A stretch of DNA of 64,000 nt from Anthoceros angustus (taxonomy: Eukaryota > Plantae > Anthocerotophyta). Under the pieces are notes generated by a model that was not told where the DNA came from, searched no databases, and was given only the letters and a program-made list of their open reading frames with translations. Of this stretch, positions 12,763 to 26,000 are shown piece after piece (position 1 is the stretch's first letter; every line of letters begins with the position of its first letter). Position numbers and translations under genes: made by a program. The stretch is taken from contig MU008169.1 in NCBI GenBank assembly GCA_010909165.1, forward strand, positions 682,001 through 746,000, read 5' to 3'.

Positions 12763-13949
12763 TGAGAGCAACCAGGTGTCCGAGCAGTCACAATCGGCAG
12801 CTCTGGGCAGCAATTACAGCCCAGGCCCGCAGCCTCAGGAGGCACAAGAGGAAGAGCAAGAGCAAGATCAAGGAGCTGCACTGGTGCAACGCAAGAGCAA
12901 TCGAGCGAGCTGGGGGCAGCAGATCTCGAAGGGCAGAAGCAGCAGAAGCAGAGGCCGCCACAGTCGCAGCAGAGAAAGCGCAATGCCAACAACAAGTGAT
13001 GTCCTTGGCGCCGGACTCCTGACACCATGTGGTAAGTTAAAAAGGCCTGGGAAATTCCGGGGTTAAATCCAGCATTGCAGTGCGGCCATTGGATGTCATT
13101 GTCAACACGTGCCAAATAAGCTGGTGTCCTTGGAACGAGCATTGCAACTGATAACTGCTTCCGCTGCTTTAAAGCCTCCTGTTGATGTCTGCCACAGGCA
13201 ACAAGGATGGGAGTCGAGGAGAAGGGAAGAGAAGGGAAGGTTAGCAAGCAACATTGCGAGCTCGGGTGCAGGTTGAGGACTTACGTACCGTGAAAAAAAT
13301 ACCGATGCTTGCCCGCAATCCCAAGGTCGCTCCTTGGATGCAACCCACGCCCTCAATGGAGGCAATTTGGGCCTCATGGCTCAAAGCCGTGACGGAGCTG
13401 ACCTGTTCATCTTGGCAAAGTTTCATGGAGATGGCATCGACCACTTGAAACACAAAACAAGACTTTGCCAGTATGACAATGAAAATGTTGAAGAGCTCCG
13501 TTGGCGTCCATGGAGCCCCGTCGATGCCGTAAAGGAAGAATGCTGTTTCAGGGAACAGTCGGCGTTGGTCACACACTCCAGCACCAGCTTCCTGGCAGCC
13601 TCGGCAGTGTACATGAACATGTCCGGAAAATGATGCCGGACAGCTCCAAGCGGAGAGCCCGGCGGACGACCTGCACACAAATGCGTGGAGGGCAGCCATG
13701 AGAGGAAGCATCAGAGCAGGTGCAAGAAGAGGAGAAGCAGAAGGAAGTGTGAGAGGAGCTGGAGGAGCCAGGTGACTGGACCTGTGTGCTGCCCCGGCAG
13801 CTTGCTCAACGCTCAACAGCATCCCGGCACCTGCACCAACCCAAAGAACAAGACACAAGGTTGAACACAGAGTTCTACAACACCCAAGCTACAGTTCAGA
13901 GTTTCTATATATAATACATGCAACAGGCTATGGGAGACTGAATGCTCCT

Positions 13950-14580
13950 GTCCATCTCCTGGCCAGATCTCCCACAATAGCATCTCAAGACATAAAAAGA
14001 GCAAGTTGGTCCCTTAACCACAGCACCGTGCACTCAGCAGCATTACCTTCATCACCACAGACTAACGTTGACGTGACTTTTGTGCGATATAAAGCCTGTC
14101 CACCTGCTTCGTTACAGCATTGGACTGAAAAAAATCATCCCCACAATTACTTGGATCACTGACTTCTTCATCCGTCTTGTCAAGGATGGCTCCTGTACCG
14201 AAGACGCAGATCTTTTGAGGCCCACCTTGCCTACAGCCTTCGACGGTTTTCAATCTTGATTGTGTCGGCCACAACCAGATATACACAACCACCACCTTCT
14301 CCTGTCCCACACGAAAAGCCCTGCTCCCGCTTGAGGAGTAGCGCTTGTTAAACTCTGGCTGCAGCAGTATGATCCTGGAGACTGCAGTAAGGTTTACATC
14401 CTTCTCCACAAGCCTTGATAATCCTTCTCTACAAGCCTTGATGAAGGCCAGAGGAACCCTCCAAGCGTCGTTCTTCAAGTTGAATCTCCTTCCCTTTCCC
14501 ATCAGCGACACTGAGGAGCTGGCTGGAATGCCTCCTCAAGCCCAGGCAGATTGTTTTTCAACGTATATCGAGATGCGCAA
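13950..14580 (-). pseudogene. internally deleted paralog of the DRD1-like gene
   Basis: ORF 14062-14511 matches the SNF2 C-terminus (DVNLTAVSRIILLQPEFN...SNCGDDFFQSNAV); 13950-14060 matches 9350-9495; 14497-14580 matches 11775-11860. Confidence 0.85.
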
Positions 14581-14953
14581 CAGCATCCGGGTACCTGGAC
14601 AAACACATGCGCACACAATAAGGTTCAACTCAGAGTCACTACAACATACAACCAACCAACAAAAAAGTACAACACGGAGTTGCTCTAACACACCAGGTAA
14701 AAAAAACAAGTTACCACAACATCCCACTACATAATCATTACAAGACGCAAGCTACAACAAGGAGTAGTTGTAATAGAGAGCTTCCCAAACACACAAGCTC
14801 CAACATCATTTCTGGTGGCAAAGTCTCCAACATTGAGTTCTAAAATACAACCTGACTTGCTACAACGCACGAATAAACAACAGTTGCAACAACAACGCAG
14901 AGACTATTACCATACACAGAAGCTACAATACAGAGTTCGCTACAACACAGGCG

Positions 14954-15206
14954 GCCGGAAGTTCTCGCGAAGTGTTTTGGGGTTGCTAGGTGCCGGAAGT
15001 TCGCTACAACACAGGCCGCCGGAAGTTCTCGCGAAGTGTTTTGGGCTTGCTAGGTGCCGGAAGTTCTCGCGAAGTGTTTTGGGGTTGGTAGGTGCCAGAA
15101 GTTCTTGCGAAGTGTTTTGGGGTTGGTAGGTGCCGGAAGTTCTTGCAAAGTGTTTTAGGGTTGGTAGGTGCCAGTGGTTCCCGAAAAGTGTTTTGGGGTT
15201 GGTAGG
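14954..15206. repeat. 38-bp minisatellite x~6
   Basis: Unit gccggaagttctcgcgaagtgttttggggttggtaggt. Confidence 0.9.
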
Positions 15207-15624
15207 CGAATGCGAATTTATGTTATAAGGTCGACGGCAGGACAAAGGTTTTTGGTCGGCTATTTTGTAATCGGTATGAGCTAGGACATTTTGTGGACTT
15301 CGGTGTTTCGAAGTCAATGAAACTTTGATTATTTAATGGTAAATAATGACTTTTTTGTTATATGGTTGATGAAACCAATCCTTACCTTGACTAATCAAAT
15401 CTCTCACCTCATGCCTCCATCACTTTAACTTGCCTTTTCACTATTGAAAGTTCTCTATGCAATCTGAATATATTAAGATATTATTATCTATTTATAATTT
15501 AATAATATTTCTCTTTAATTTATCCTGATATATTATATTATCTTCTCAATTACCATTCATGACAAAAAGAATCTAATCCCTACTCAACTTCATAGACAAA
15601 TAGAGTACTTGTAAGAAAAATATC

Positions 15625-17000
15625 TCACACATCCTTAGAGTAATTTGATAATAATTAGAAAACAAGCTATACCAAACCTGCACCTTTCCAGACACCTTGG
15701 ATCGTATTGGTGGTCCTCCAGCCCCAAAAAACATACATAGACGTAACATTGTGGTCTGGTGGTAGAGTGTTTCAAGTTTCAAGTTTCTTTCATCTCGTGG
15801 TAGAGTGTTTCAAGTTTCTTTCAATAAAGTGTTTCAAGTTTCAAGTTTCTTCCGTCTTTCAAAGTTTAAGGTTTCGATTATAGAGTTGTCTTCTTTCATG
15901 TACCGCACCCAAGGGTGATTCGCTAATTAATTAAAATTAGTAAAAGTTGAAAATCCAAAAATTATTATATTTAAAATGTTGAATAGGTAAAAATTTATGA
16001 ATTTATGATGCCGAAAATAAGGAAACTAGGATTTGTGTGAAAATTAGGGCCTATTTAGGGAGATCTATACATATCCATTAGTTTTATATACCTATATATT
16101 TTAATAAATGTTGAAATTTGATAAAATTATTTTTGTAAATGTTGAAATTTTGAAAAATATAAATATTTATGTTGAACCTTGTTTTTCAAAAATAATTATT
16201 TCGGCATTATCCTGTTGAACCACCCTTGAGGTACTGTGAGTCATTCTAAAATCGGTAGTAGTTTCTTCTTTCAAGTTTCCTTCAATTTTTTTCTTCATTA
16301 TTATAGTTATTTAAGATTTGGCAAGAGTCTTTACTTTAGGCCTCAATGCCTATATTGATGGTTTACATGTGTCGAACAAAATTTGGAGTCATAGTACTTG
16401 CCTTCAACTAATAGATATCTAAATCATGGATATAAATTAGCTAGAGCACTACAAGTTGATAGTGAAGTTTTAAATCCACATTCTTTTCCTAAGCACAAAA
16501 TCAATTTCTCGGCATTGAAGGCTATGCTCCGTTAACATTGTGACAAAGGAACTAGAGACTAGTTTGCTGAGATTCCCGACATATCTTTGAACGAACTATG
16601 TGTTCTCATCTAATTTATTCTGAGCTCATGCTAATGAGGATCATCTAGTGGTGACGTGGGCTTTGTAATTTATACTTAGGCATGATTTAACAAAAATTTA
16701 AGATGCTAGGATCAAGAAAACATTTGGAGTGGGTTGGCTTGAAACCTCGTATTTGCTGCAGGTGCTCCAAGCATATAATGGGTTCTTCAGCATGAAGAAG
16801 GTCAATCCACTTCAAGCTCTTAAAATTTATGAGTCTATCACAACACAAATATCTCATGCATCCTTAGAGTGATTTTGATAATGATTAGAAAGCCAAGCTA
16901 TACCAAACTTGCAGCTTTGAATACAAGTTTTGGGCTATTGTATACACGAAGCCTAAAAAGCATGACTTGGTGGTATTGTTGTGGTCTCGTGGTAGAGTGT
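15625..17000. repeat. ~160-bp dispersed direct repeat (15625-15780 and 16850-17000)
   Basis: catccttagagt(a/g)att(t)tgataat(a/g)attagaaa...caagctataccaaac...gtggtct(g/c)gtggtagagtgtt in both places. Confidence 0.7.
15900..16236. mobile_element. possible AT-rich MITE remnant
   Basis: Imperfect inverted ends gtacc..caagggtgattc and gaaccacccttgaggtac; no TSD identified. Confidence 0.3.
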
Positions 17001-17484
17001 TGCCTTATCACTAGGTGGATGCAAGTCTGATTCCCAGCAAGAGTTGTTCGCGTTCATGAAGTAGAAAATATTTTACATTTTATCTAAGATAATCAATCTG
17101 GTGTGCTCTGAACGGCTGCCAGTTCATAGCTGCTATAATACATGCAACAAACTATGGGAGATCAATGCTCTTTATCACTTGTACCTCATAATGCTCATAC
17201 AACATGCCCCACTAAAACTCCAAATTTCATAATGCTTATCACGCACTTAGTTATGTTATGCCTCCTCAAATGTGTTATATGCTATAACACACTAGCTGGC
17301 ACACAGTAGTTCAAACTCAAGTTCAAAGAGAGTTGTAAATTATATTGTAATACAATTACTATAACAACTATTGTAAAACAATTACTTTAATACACAATCT
17401 ACAAAACAATTACTACAACACACAACCTATGTCACAGGATTTCTACATTATACACAAGCTTGCTACAACACACAGTCATGTAGG

Positions 17485-17790
17485 ATAGATCCGCTAAAGA
17501 CACCCAACTTGTTACAACGCAAAGTCTTCACAACACATGGTCAATACGATACAACATGGATTCATTACCACAAATTAAGATTGGCTACAACATAGAGGCC
17601 ATAACTGAGAGTAGGGCGTGGCCACAACATAGATCCACTAAAACACCCAACATGTTACAAGACAAAGTCTTCAGTGTAGCGTAGATCTCTAAAACACCCA
17701 ACTTGTTACAACACAAAGAAGTTGAGAGTGGCCACAACATATATACGCTAAAAACCCATCGTGTTATAACACAAAGTCTTCGAAGAGTCA
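17485..17790. repeat. degenerate tandem repeat (host of the TIR element; resumes at ~19995)
   Basis: ctaaaacacccaacttgttacaacacaaagtcttc-like unit x4; acaacatagag(g)cc(t)ataact(g/a)agagt occurs at 17587 and ~20011. Confidence 0.65.
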
Positions 17791-18502
17791 AATACCGCAT
17801 GGCATCTTTAAACACGATATCTTTCGAAGGGGGTGAATATCCGAACCCCCTTCTGCGACATCAAACCCTCTTAGCACATTCCACGGTCCGAAATATGCGT
17901 TTTGCCTCGTTTTCAAGAAAGGTCGACCGTTTTCCAACGAGTAGTTATCATGAAAACCCGTTTCCAACACACAAAGACAACAAATCAAGGAAGGCGCCGG
18001 TAGGCGTCGCTTTGAGGAAGAGGGAAAATGAGATCATCAATTGCCTCACTACGGGTCCAAAAGTTATTACGAACAGGAAGAAGCACATCTAGGTGCCTAA
18101 CCGTAAACCTACTCTCGACTAACTTGTGACTCATCGGGTGCTAGAGCGGACTCGAATCCATCACGATGACCAAATTTGAATCGCTCCGTTCCGTTCATCA
18201 AAGCTATCGTTCTCAAAGCCCTTGAGTCTTCGTTCGGTCCTCCCGGTTTTGGTCTTGACCGGCGAGCATTCAAAGAAACCACTGCGCTTTCAAAGAGTCC
18301 TTCTCGTTGATACACACCTCCTTTGCCCAGTGCAAGCCTCTCGTGGGCCTCTAATGTCAATTCTTAAGACCGCAAAACCTCATACCCATGGATCCGTTGT
18401 GGAATATATCGCACACCTCAAGTCGGCCTCAATAGAGGGCATGCTAGCGCCCTTAAATGGCCGTGCCCATGCGCCCATAAAATCAACAAGAAGTTTTTCA
18501 TG

Positions 18503-18572
18503 CCTCTACAGACTCGAACCCATGACCTATTCATGCTCATTGTTTCCAAACCACTTGAGTAACTATCCTAGT
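18503..18572 (-). ncRNA. tRNA-like / SINE-head remnant
   Basis: Minus strand tagttactcaagtggtt (A box-like) ... gggttcgagtc (B box) with tRNA-like spacing; no clean cloverleaf. Confidence 0.4.
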
Positions 18573-18614
18573 GAACACATTAGAAGCACTAATTATTTAT
18601 TTTATCAATGGCAG

Positions 18615-18730
18615 CCCATGTACAAGGCTGGGAAGGCGCCCGGCCGCGCCCATGTACAACTTGTTGGGGAAGGGCGCCGGCCGGCCGCGCCCATGTACAA
18701 GGCTTGTTGGGAAGGCGGCCGGCGCCATGT
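18615..18730. repeat. ~38-bp GC-rich tandem repeat x3
   Basis: gcccatgtacaa(gg)cttgttgggaagg..ggccgc units. Confidence 0.75.
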
Positions 18731-18999
18731 CTTGTTGAAACTCCTCTCATGGTTGCCATGGTTGCACATTTTCAAAAACACCTATGGACCTATTTTCATT
18801 CATTCATTCGTCTTGTACTATGTGCACTTTGTTCTCGAAGAATATATGGGCATGTTCGGTACCAGCGTGAAGCATAGCATTACTTTGAGATCGTGAAATA
18901 GACTATCGTGTAAGTAGAGGTTTTGTTCACCAAACGGTCATCCTCTATTATGAGTTCAACTTGATGGCGGAAACATTTGTGCTGTGGATAAGAAGGCAA

Positions 19000-19620
19000 T
19001 CAAGAATAACTTAAATTGCGAGGCTTTATTCAATGAGTCAAAGTGCCACCGAGGATAGTGAAGATGATGGTCATGATGTGCCCAAGATGATGGCGTGGAG
19101 TCGGCGAAGAGTAGGAAACCCTCACGAATGTTAGGTCATCTTCAACGGGCAATTGGTGAGGTTATGCGTGAAGCTCAATTCCGTAGTTTGGAGTGCACAT
19201 TTCCAAGCGCGGTACATATTTCGAAAGAGTCTAGGCCCATGATAGGAATTTGGTTGTGGCATTCTCAGCCGTTGTAGACTTCCCATGCTTAATAACTTCC
19301 AATGTTCAAGCCTTTTTCCATTACATGCGGAAGGACATGTGGGGAGTGTGGTGGTAGTTGCGCTCGGCATTCGGCATACTAACAGGCAACACACGATGAG
19401 CCTGCGCATGTTTTTCTGCGATATGTTGGCGGGAACCGTTGCCCACACTTTTCTTCATTCATCGATTGCGATCGTGGGTGAACCATGTGATTATATTTGC
19501 GGGCACAATTGAGGGTGTCTCGAAGCCACCCACCACCCCACACCCAAAGTCTTTTGTACACACATCCCGCTATGGGCTGCTCTCGCCTTTCATGAGGCAT
19601 CGCAATGCCGGAAAGGCCCG
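19000..19620 (+). pseudogene. C-terminal transposase fragment
   Basis: VGSVVVVAL...FFIH segment resembles GMFLAVPC...GKVADVRLDAPQPHFLIH at ~39915-40020 in element B. Confidence 0.4.
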
Positions 19621-22600
19621 GCGGCGCCCTACTCGAACATGCTTTGCTCCCGCCATCGGCGGGTTCGCCTCTCATCCAATTTTGATCACCGTGCTTTTTA
19701 CGAATCTTTAGGGTTGTTGTGCGAGAAAGACCGCGATGGCCGTGACAATGGCCCTTGTCATGGGTCTTAAATGCACCCCAAATAGGGTTACCTCTTGCAC
19801 CATAACCCTTTGCTGGCATGAAATGGACCTTGTATCACTGGTTGACAGGAATTTCCACCCTTCTTTTCTGCCTTACATTCATTCATACCTCAAAAACCAC
19901 CAGTTCAAGACCCATGTCAAACCCCCTTCAGAAGATATATTTCAGAAAACCCCCTTCGTGAATATTCACCCCCTTCGAAAGATATCGTGTTTTACCACAA
20001 ATGAAGAGTCACAACATAGAGCCTATAACTAAGAGTGGCGCTTAGCGCAAGCTATGGCCAGTCACGTAGAGTGGCCTCGGGAAGGTATAAAGAGTGAAGA
20101 GTGATCACTGGCCATAGCAGGGAGTGGAGAGAAAAGAGTGCTCTGGCGTTAATGGGGGTTGCACAAGGCATAGCAGAGTGAAGTGAAGAGGCGGAATGAA
20201 TAAGCCATAAGGAGTCGCAAGGCATAATGGAGTGAAGAGCGGCAACATACGCACAAGCTATGAAGTTGACACTCCAAAGCAAAGTCGGTATAAGAGATTT
20301 TTCTAGCAAAGTGCCTTGAGAAACCTATGAATGCCAAGTGTTTGAAAGAGTAGATGAGGGCTGGAGATTTTCATGAAGTGTTTTAGAGTAGGTAGTGTTT
20401 GAGGTTTTCAATTCATGGTATGTAGAAGATAAGAGATATTCGATCGAATTATTTTTACATGAAATTCTTAGTATTTAAGGTAAGTGGAACCAAATATTGA
20501 TAAAGGATATTTGAGAACAATCTTTACTTGGCCGAGTTAAATGTTCCACCGGATACCTTAGACACTTTTATCTTTTTATTCATTATTATTTTTGAGTAAA
20601 TATTATACACCTAAATATATTCTTGTTGATAATTTAATATATTTTATGATCTAAAATATTATATATATAGTATATCTTTCCCTTACTTTTAACATTTACC
20701 TGCCTTAAGAGTTCCTCTAGGGAACTTGACATGCCCCATGATGAGGTTTATGGAATACCGATCTGGTCACGCGGCATCCACATTTTTTTAGGGTTGTGGA
20801 CAGAAAGAAATAGGCCCGCCGCTGTCTGTGAACTATTTTTGTCACGCATGACCACATAAGCTCGGGTCATGGCCCCGGTGTCCGATGTCGTCAACCTACC
20901 CCATGATGCGAAAAGATTTCACGATACACAGAAACTTTTCTTCTCGGGTTTAGAGTTGCGTTTAGGTCATTTGCGTTGCCGCACCATTGCGACGCATATT
21001 CCATATCCGGTCCCCTCCCCTCCGCCGCTGCCCACCTCTCCTCTTTCCCCTTTTGACCTTTCCATTTCATGTGCGAGAATCTGGTTGCTCCACCTCCACC
21101 TCCAATTCCACGAGCCTTAGTGCACTCGCCATGTATGCCACGGCCTCGGTTGCCTCTTCCCATTAGCCATACTTGTGAACAAAAATTTGTGTATGTGTGT
21201 CTTGCCGCTTTGTTTAACAACAAGGTCTCCTTAGGGCTAGTGACACACTCCACTTTCCGGGAGCGGGCCAAATATGTCATCAAAATTTGCACTTAAGAAA
21301 ACTCGGGCGTTGATTTTGAGGGTTTGTGGGAAGGTGCTAAAAAATACGTACACCCAAACCCATTCCACTTCATCAAAACTTGAAATTTATTGGCAATATT
21401 TCCACACCTCGATGTCTCATGGTTAAACAAAAGAGGCATTCGGGGAGAAAAAGTAGAGATCCTTATAAATTTATGGCGTGCAGACTAGAACATTTATTTA
21501 GGCTTTATTTCAATCTGTGTCACTTTTTGGGATACATTACGACCAAAGCTACCTTTACAAACTGGCATATGGAAAAGTGTAGACCGTCATGTTACACAAT
21601 TGGACAGAATGCATCACTAGCGGGCTCACTGTTTGTGGGCCTTAGGGTTATCCATGTAAAATACATGGAATAATATTATTCAAATATACATCCCCAAGGT
21701 ACAAAGTATATGCTGATGTATACATTTCTCACTAATAAAGTATTGGAAAACCGATATGGTGTAGTTCACATGTAACCGCCTCTAGTCCATGCCATGTGAC
21801 ATTGACCGTTGGCTCATAGCCATTTGTCCGTGACGGACAAAACATTCCGAATCGGGCATTCCCCAAACTCAAACCCCGTTTCCGCTTCACACTTGGACCA
21901 TGGCTTGCACATCGCTAAAACTTGACATACACAAAATCATGTGATTGCGTCCCCAACTCGACCCCGGTGAAGCCAGAAAGCTAAGCATCCAACCCCCCTC
22001 TCCCCTCCGCCCCGCTTCTAGTCTAGATCGCTTGCAAAAACCTAGGTAACCCACTTCTCCTATCTCCAACTGCTCCTCCGGTTTGCCAAGGGTGTCCCCA
22101 TCACTGCCCGCCAATGAACAGCCCGTTAGTGCATGCGGCGACAACCATGCTCAACTCTCAAGCGGTAGGTAAGTGCTTAGCCTCCTCCTTCACTTCCACC
22201 CGCTCCCGCTCCCGGGCGGCGGCCTCCTCTGCAACCTTCATTCGCGTGGTTTGCATGGACTCACGGGCAGTGCAAGGTCACGGAAGCTCTAAACAATTCT
22301 TTGGGACGGACAGTCCTCGAGCTCTTCCTTCACCCTCCTTCCTCTGCACTGTCTGGAGTTCTGCACCCGTTTCGCCTCCGGGAACCCCTCCTTCGCTATC
22401 CTATAGTCCTCTTCCCCTTGGCTTTTTCCTACCTCACTGCGGCCGGAAAATCTACGATGCCACGCCACCCTCTGCATGGAAGGAGATGGCCACCATACCG
22501 TCTTTCCCCCTTGCACCTTGGAGACCCAAATGGCCTCCACACAAGTCCTGGATGGGCAACTTCCATCCTTCTCCGCCTTGGCTCGCTTTGCCTCCACATC

Positions 22601-23099
22601 CTCCCTTGTGATACGAGGTGGTGACTCGTAGCCACCTCTGCGTCCTCATCCGGAAGGGCTGCAAAGCAGTAGTTAGTTCAAGGAAGGTTGGATGGATGGG
22701 ACGAAGGAGAGGCGGAACAAAAGCAGGCAAAACCCGGACAATCGAGGCTGGAAGGAGGTGGAGGAGCATGGCGTGAGGGCGGCTCTCCGCGGAGGAGGAT
22801 GGCCGCGTGCACAAACCACAAAGGAGGTGGAAGACAACCTCAGCGGTGGAAGCAGTGGAGGAAGACGCTTTTGAGCCCCGTCTTGGTACTCAGTTTCGCT
22901 GGTGCGTCCGTTCTGAGCCGCCGCTTAGGCGGACCCCGTCCGTTCCACCCCATAGTCATTAGGGCGGTCCCAACTAGAACCGAAAAACAAACATTGGCGC
23001 ACTTGCTGCGGCATACATACCTTGCCACGGACATCCTGGGTGACCATCCTCGGGACACCGCCTGCGCAAGGTCGAACATAGATGACCCGCATGATCACC

Positions 23100-26000
23100 A
23101 TTGAAACCTCGCTGCACTTCTCTCAACGACAAAACCACGAACATTGTTGTTAAAATTAGAGCACCACATTGCTGGGATCGGTTTCGACATAGTCGCCGTT
23201 ACATGCTCCGGACATTATCACACCGTCAACTTCCTACAAGATGATGCCGATGGCAAGTCGTTAAACCTTTCCACGAAAAGACGAAAACAATCCACGCATT
23301 CAAGCCCGAGGGACATAACGTCTGGTACAAGGCGGAAAGTTGACAATATTAGGTTGCCTCTCGGCTCCTCTCCGAGTCCGGACCATCCATGGTCCACCAC
23401 CACGTCTGTGGACTCATCCTTGATTCCATTGTCGAGGTCTTCCGAGTCAATCATGTCTTGGGCATGACATTCGTGTCGGTGGCGGAAGTCTCGCCGGTTC
23501 ATCGGCCCGGCTCACGCAACTCAAAGACTTTGGTCTTTATCGCTTCATTGTCGTCCTCTGCAGCGTCTTGTTCCTTTGTGAAATCATAGGCCAGCACATT
23601 TGTCTCGGAAGTTGAGGCTTTGCAAATGCTTCTCCGACGCCCTCGCCTCCATTCTTTGATCGCACTTTTTCCCTCGACGGTGGGCGCTTGACAAACTCCT
23701 CCATGTACCTTCCCTCGAATGCATCATTGTTCTGTCCGCCACCAATGAACTATCATGAAAGGGACCCCGATCATGGTCCACCTCCACCACTTTTGCGAGC
23801 GAATGGTCGCCCTGGATCATCCCGGCTTGACAACCATCATTCCCTCCTCAATCTCCTTCACACAACCTCTGACCTGAGCCTCTGCCCTTGCCCTCCCCTC
23901 CGCACTTCGATGTGCCCCGGTGTACACCTCCCGACCATGTCCAAAAATCCGTCTGGCCATTGCAGGATCAACCAAAGTTGAGTCTGGAGGGTCTACAGGT
24001 GGTACCTCGTTTTCTTCATCGCGAGTGTACCAAGACCATTCTGTCTCCAACGGGAATGGAATGCCAGCTGCAAGTCTCTCGGCTATTGCTACCTGTTCAT
24101 CCCAGGCGTATCCCACCATGCTAGTTGCTCCACATTCATATGTCGTGCGTTCTAGGCCCGCTTTTACTTCATGGACTCCACTACACTACCACTACGCCAG
24201 CCTTGGAGACTATCGTCATTGACACGGACATCGGGGCATCCTTCCGTTTGCTTGTCCCTTTCCTTTACCTTGGGCATGTGATGGGACCAACGGCAACAAT
24301 GGAGGCCACAATCACACCGTGGTGGCACCCTGACGTAGCGCACACCACCCTCCGTGACCGTGATCGAACTTGAAAACTCCTTGCATCTTAGCATCACGTC
24401 CTCTCGATAGCGACTTCTCCTTGTTATTTTGAACGGTGTTGAAAATGATTATGCAAGTCATACGTTGCAGATCCCCTTTCGGCCATAGATAGGTCTTGAA
24501 GTCCGCACCTCCTTGAGATGTGAATCTGCGGTGATGGGGTGTCCCGCTCCAAAGAACCCTATCATTTCGGCAATGTGAAAGCATCCTTCAACCCTAGCAC
24601 AACCGAGAACCTCGAAAACATTTGGTCAATCGATCGTGGGTATGGCCAACAAGAAGAAACCCCACCTTGATTTTTTGAAGATACCTTTCGCCACAAGCAT
24701 GGACGGATATGCCAATACCTCCGATTCTTGTTTTGAGCTGTGTTGTCCATGCAAGTATAGAATAGGGCGGCCCCTCCAGTATTGATAACATGTCGAATCA
24801 CGGCTCTGATTCCATTCGGATCATTTCTCACATTGAAACTCAAATACACTCGTGCGCACCAAGTAGTTGAACACCGCACACCTAGAACGTGAAGCCCGAC
24901 AAGGGCTCCGGAATCAACCGTCTTTGGCAATCGGTAATGGGGCAACTCTTTTTTGGTCCATACCATCTATGGCAATACCAATGAACTTAGCCGCCAAGCA
25001 CTTGTGCGGTGCCGCGCGCCATTTCGCGCTCCCATTGTTGTTCTCTGAGTGCGCTCCACATTCTTGTCTGCGCAACAATAAGGCGTCGACAATGTGCACA
25101 CGGTTTGTTTCAAGAGCCCTTCATTCGCAAGAAAAGGGTATGAGGCCATGGGGTTGCGCCAAAGTTCGGTGGGACATCCGGTGACCGCTGGAATAAGGAC
25201 CGCCATCTCACCTTGTGGTCACCACCGTCTTTTATTTTCCTCTTTAGGTCATCGCATGCCGAAAACCGTTACTGCGTGGTATTTTAACAACCGAAATACT
25301 TCATCCAAAGCTTGCAAAAGTAGTAACAACGTGGAGCACACCTGCGCATTACGCTGCACGCATACTCAATGAAGATCTCCTCTTTGTGTCTGAGTCGGCA
25401 AGTTGAAGACTTCCGATTCGGCGATCTTTCCGCCACGACCTTTGAAGCGTCCATCCACATGACGTGTAATCCATATGGCGTTGGCTGCTTTGCGAGGCGT
25501 AGCCTACGGTCCATCTAACATTTTTCACTACCCGGTTTGCGCATTCTTGTATCTTAGTGATGCGGAAAGCCCTCACACACACTGTTTCTTCCCATGTGGA
25601 ATCCGGTTTATCCATACTATGGGCAACAACTCCTCTTCGTCTTGATCGGATCCGGATGGTCTTGCAAATGCTCTGCTCTCCTTTTGTCATGCGGAAGAAT
25701 GCTACACGAATCACCTTCAATTTGAATGGCCAACACGCTCTAAACATTTTTGTCACAACAATGCCGCTTTAAATCGGGCACAACTTGGCCTGAACAATGC
25801 TTCTCTAAGACCAAATCCATTCTAGCTCGGGAGGTACTTTACGCTTAGCAACGTCGGTCTGCTGCGCAGATCCTCACCTTTGGCGGATGTGCGCGAGGCA
25901 TCATCTCGAGCAACTCCAACTGGATGGCATCACAATCACCAAACAAAGATCCGGGACCACGGACCACATTAGCTCTTGGGCGACTCCCGTGCTTGCAACT

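Larger units (their letters stand above)
17811..19991 (+). mobile_element. non-autonomous TIR DNA transposon (element N, DUF7869/Sola-like family)
   Basis: 30-bp TIR AACACGATATCTTTCGAAGGGGGTGAATAT at both ends; TTA on both flanks; internal decayed similarity to the C-terminal part of the element B transposase. Confidence 0.85.

Noticed and set aside
12078-13247. 389-aa minus-strand ORF
   Set aside because: Mostly Leu/Cys-rich antisense translation of tandem repeats; no recognisable domain.
13260-13633. KHKTRLCQYDNENVEEL resembling a Tudor-like domain
   Set aside because: One short motif in a frameshifted region; not enough to call.
14954-15206. CRISPR-like appearance of regular repeats
   Set aside because: No unique spacers and a eukaryotic context; it is a plain minisatellite.
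16300-16950. Possible PPR pseudogene (CGFKTSLSTCSAL)
   Set aside because: Many stops and only one weak motif.
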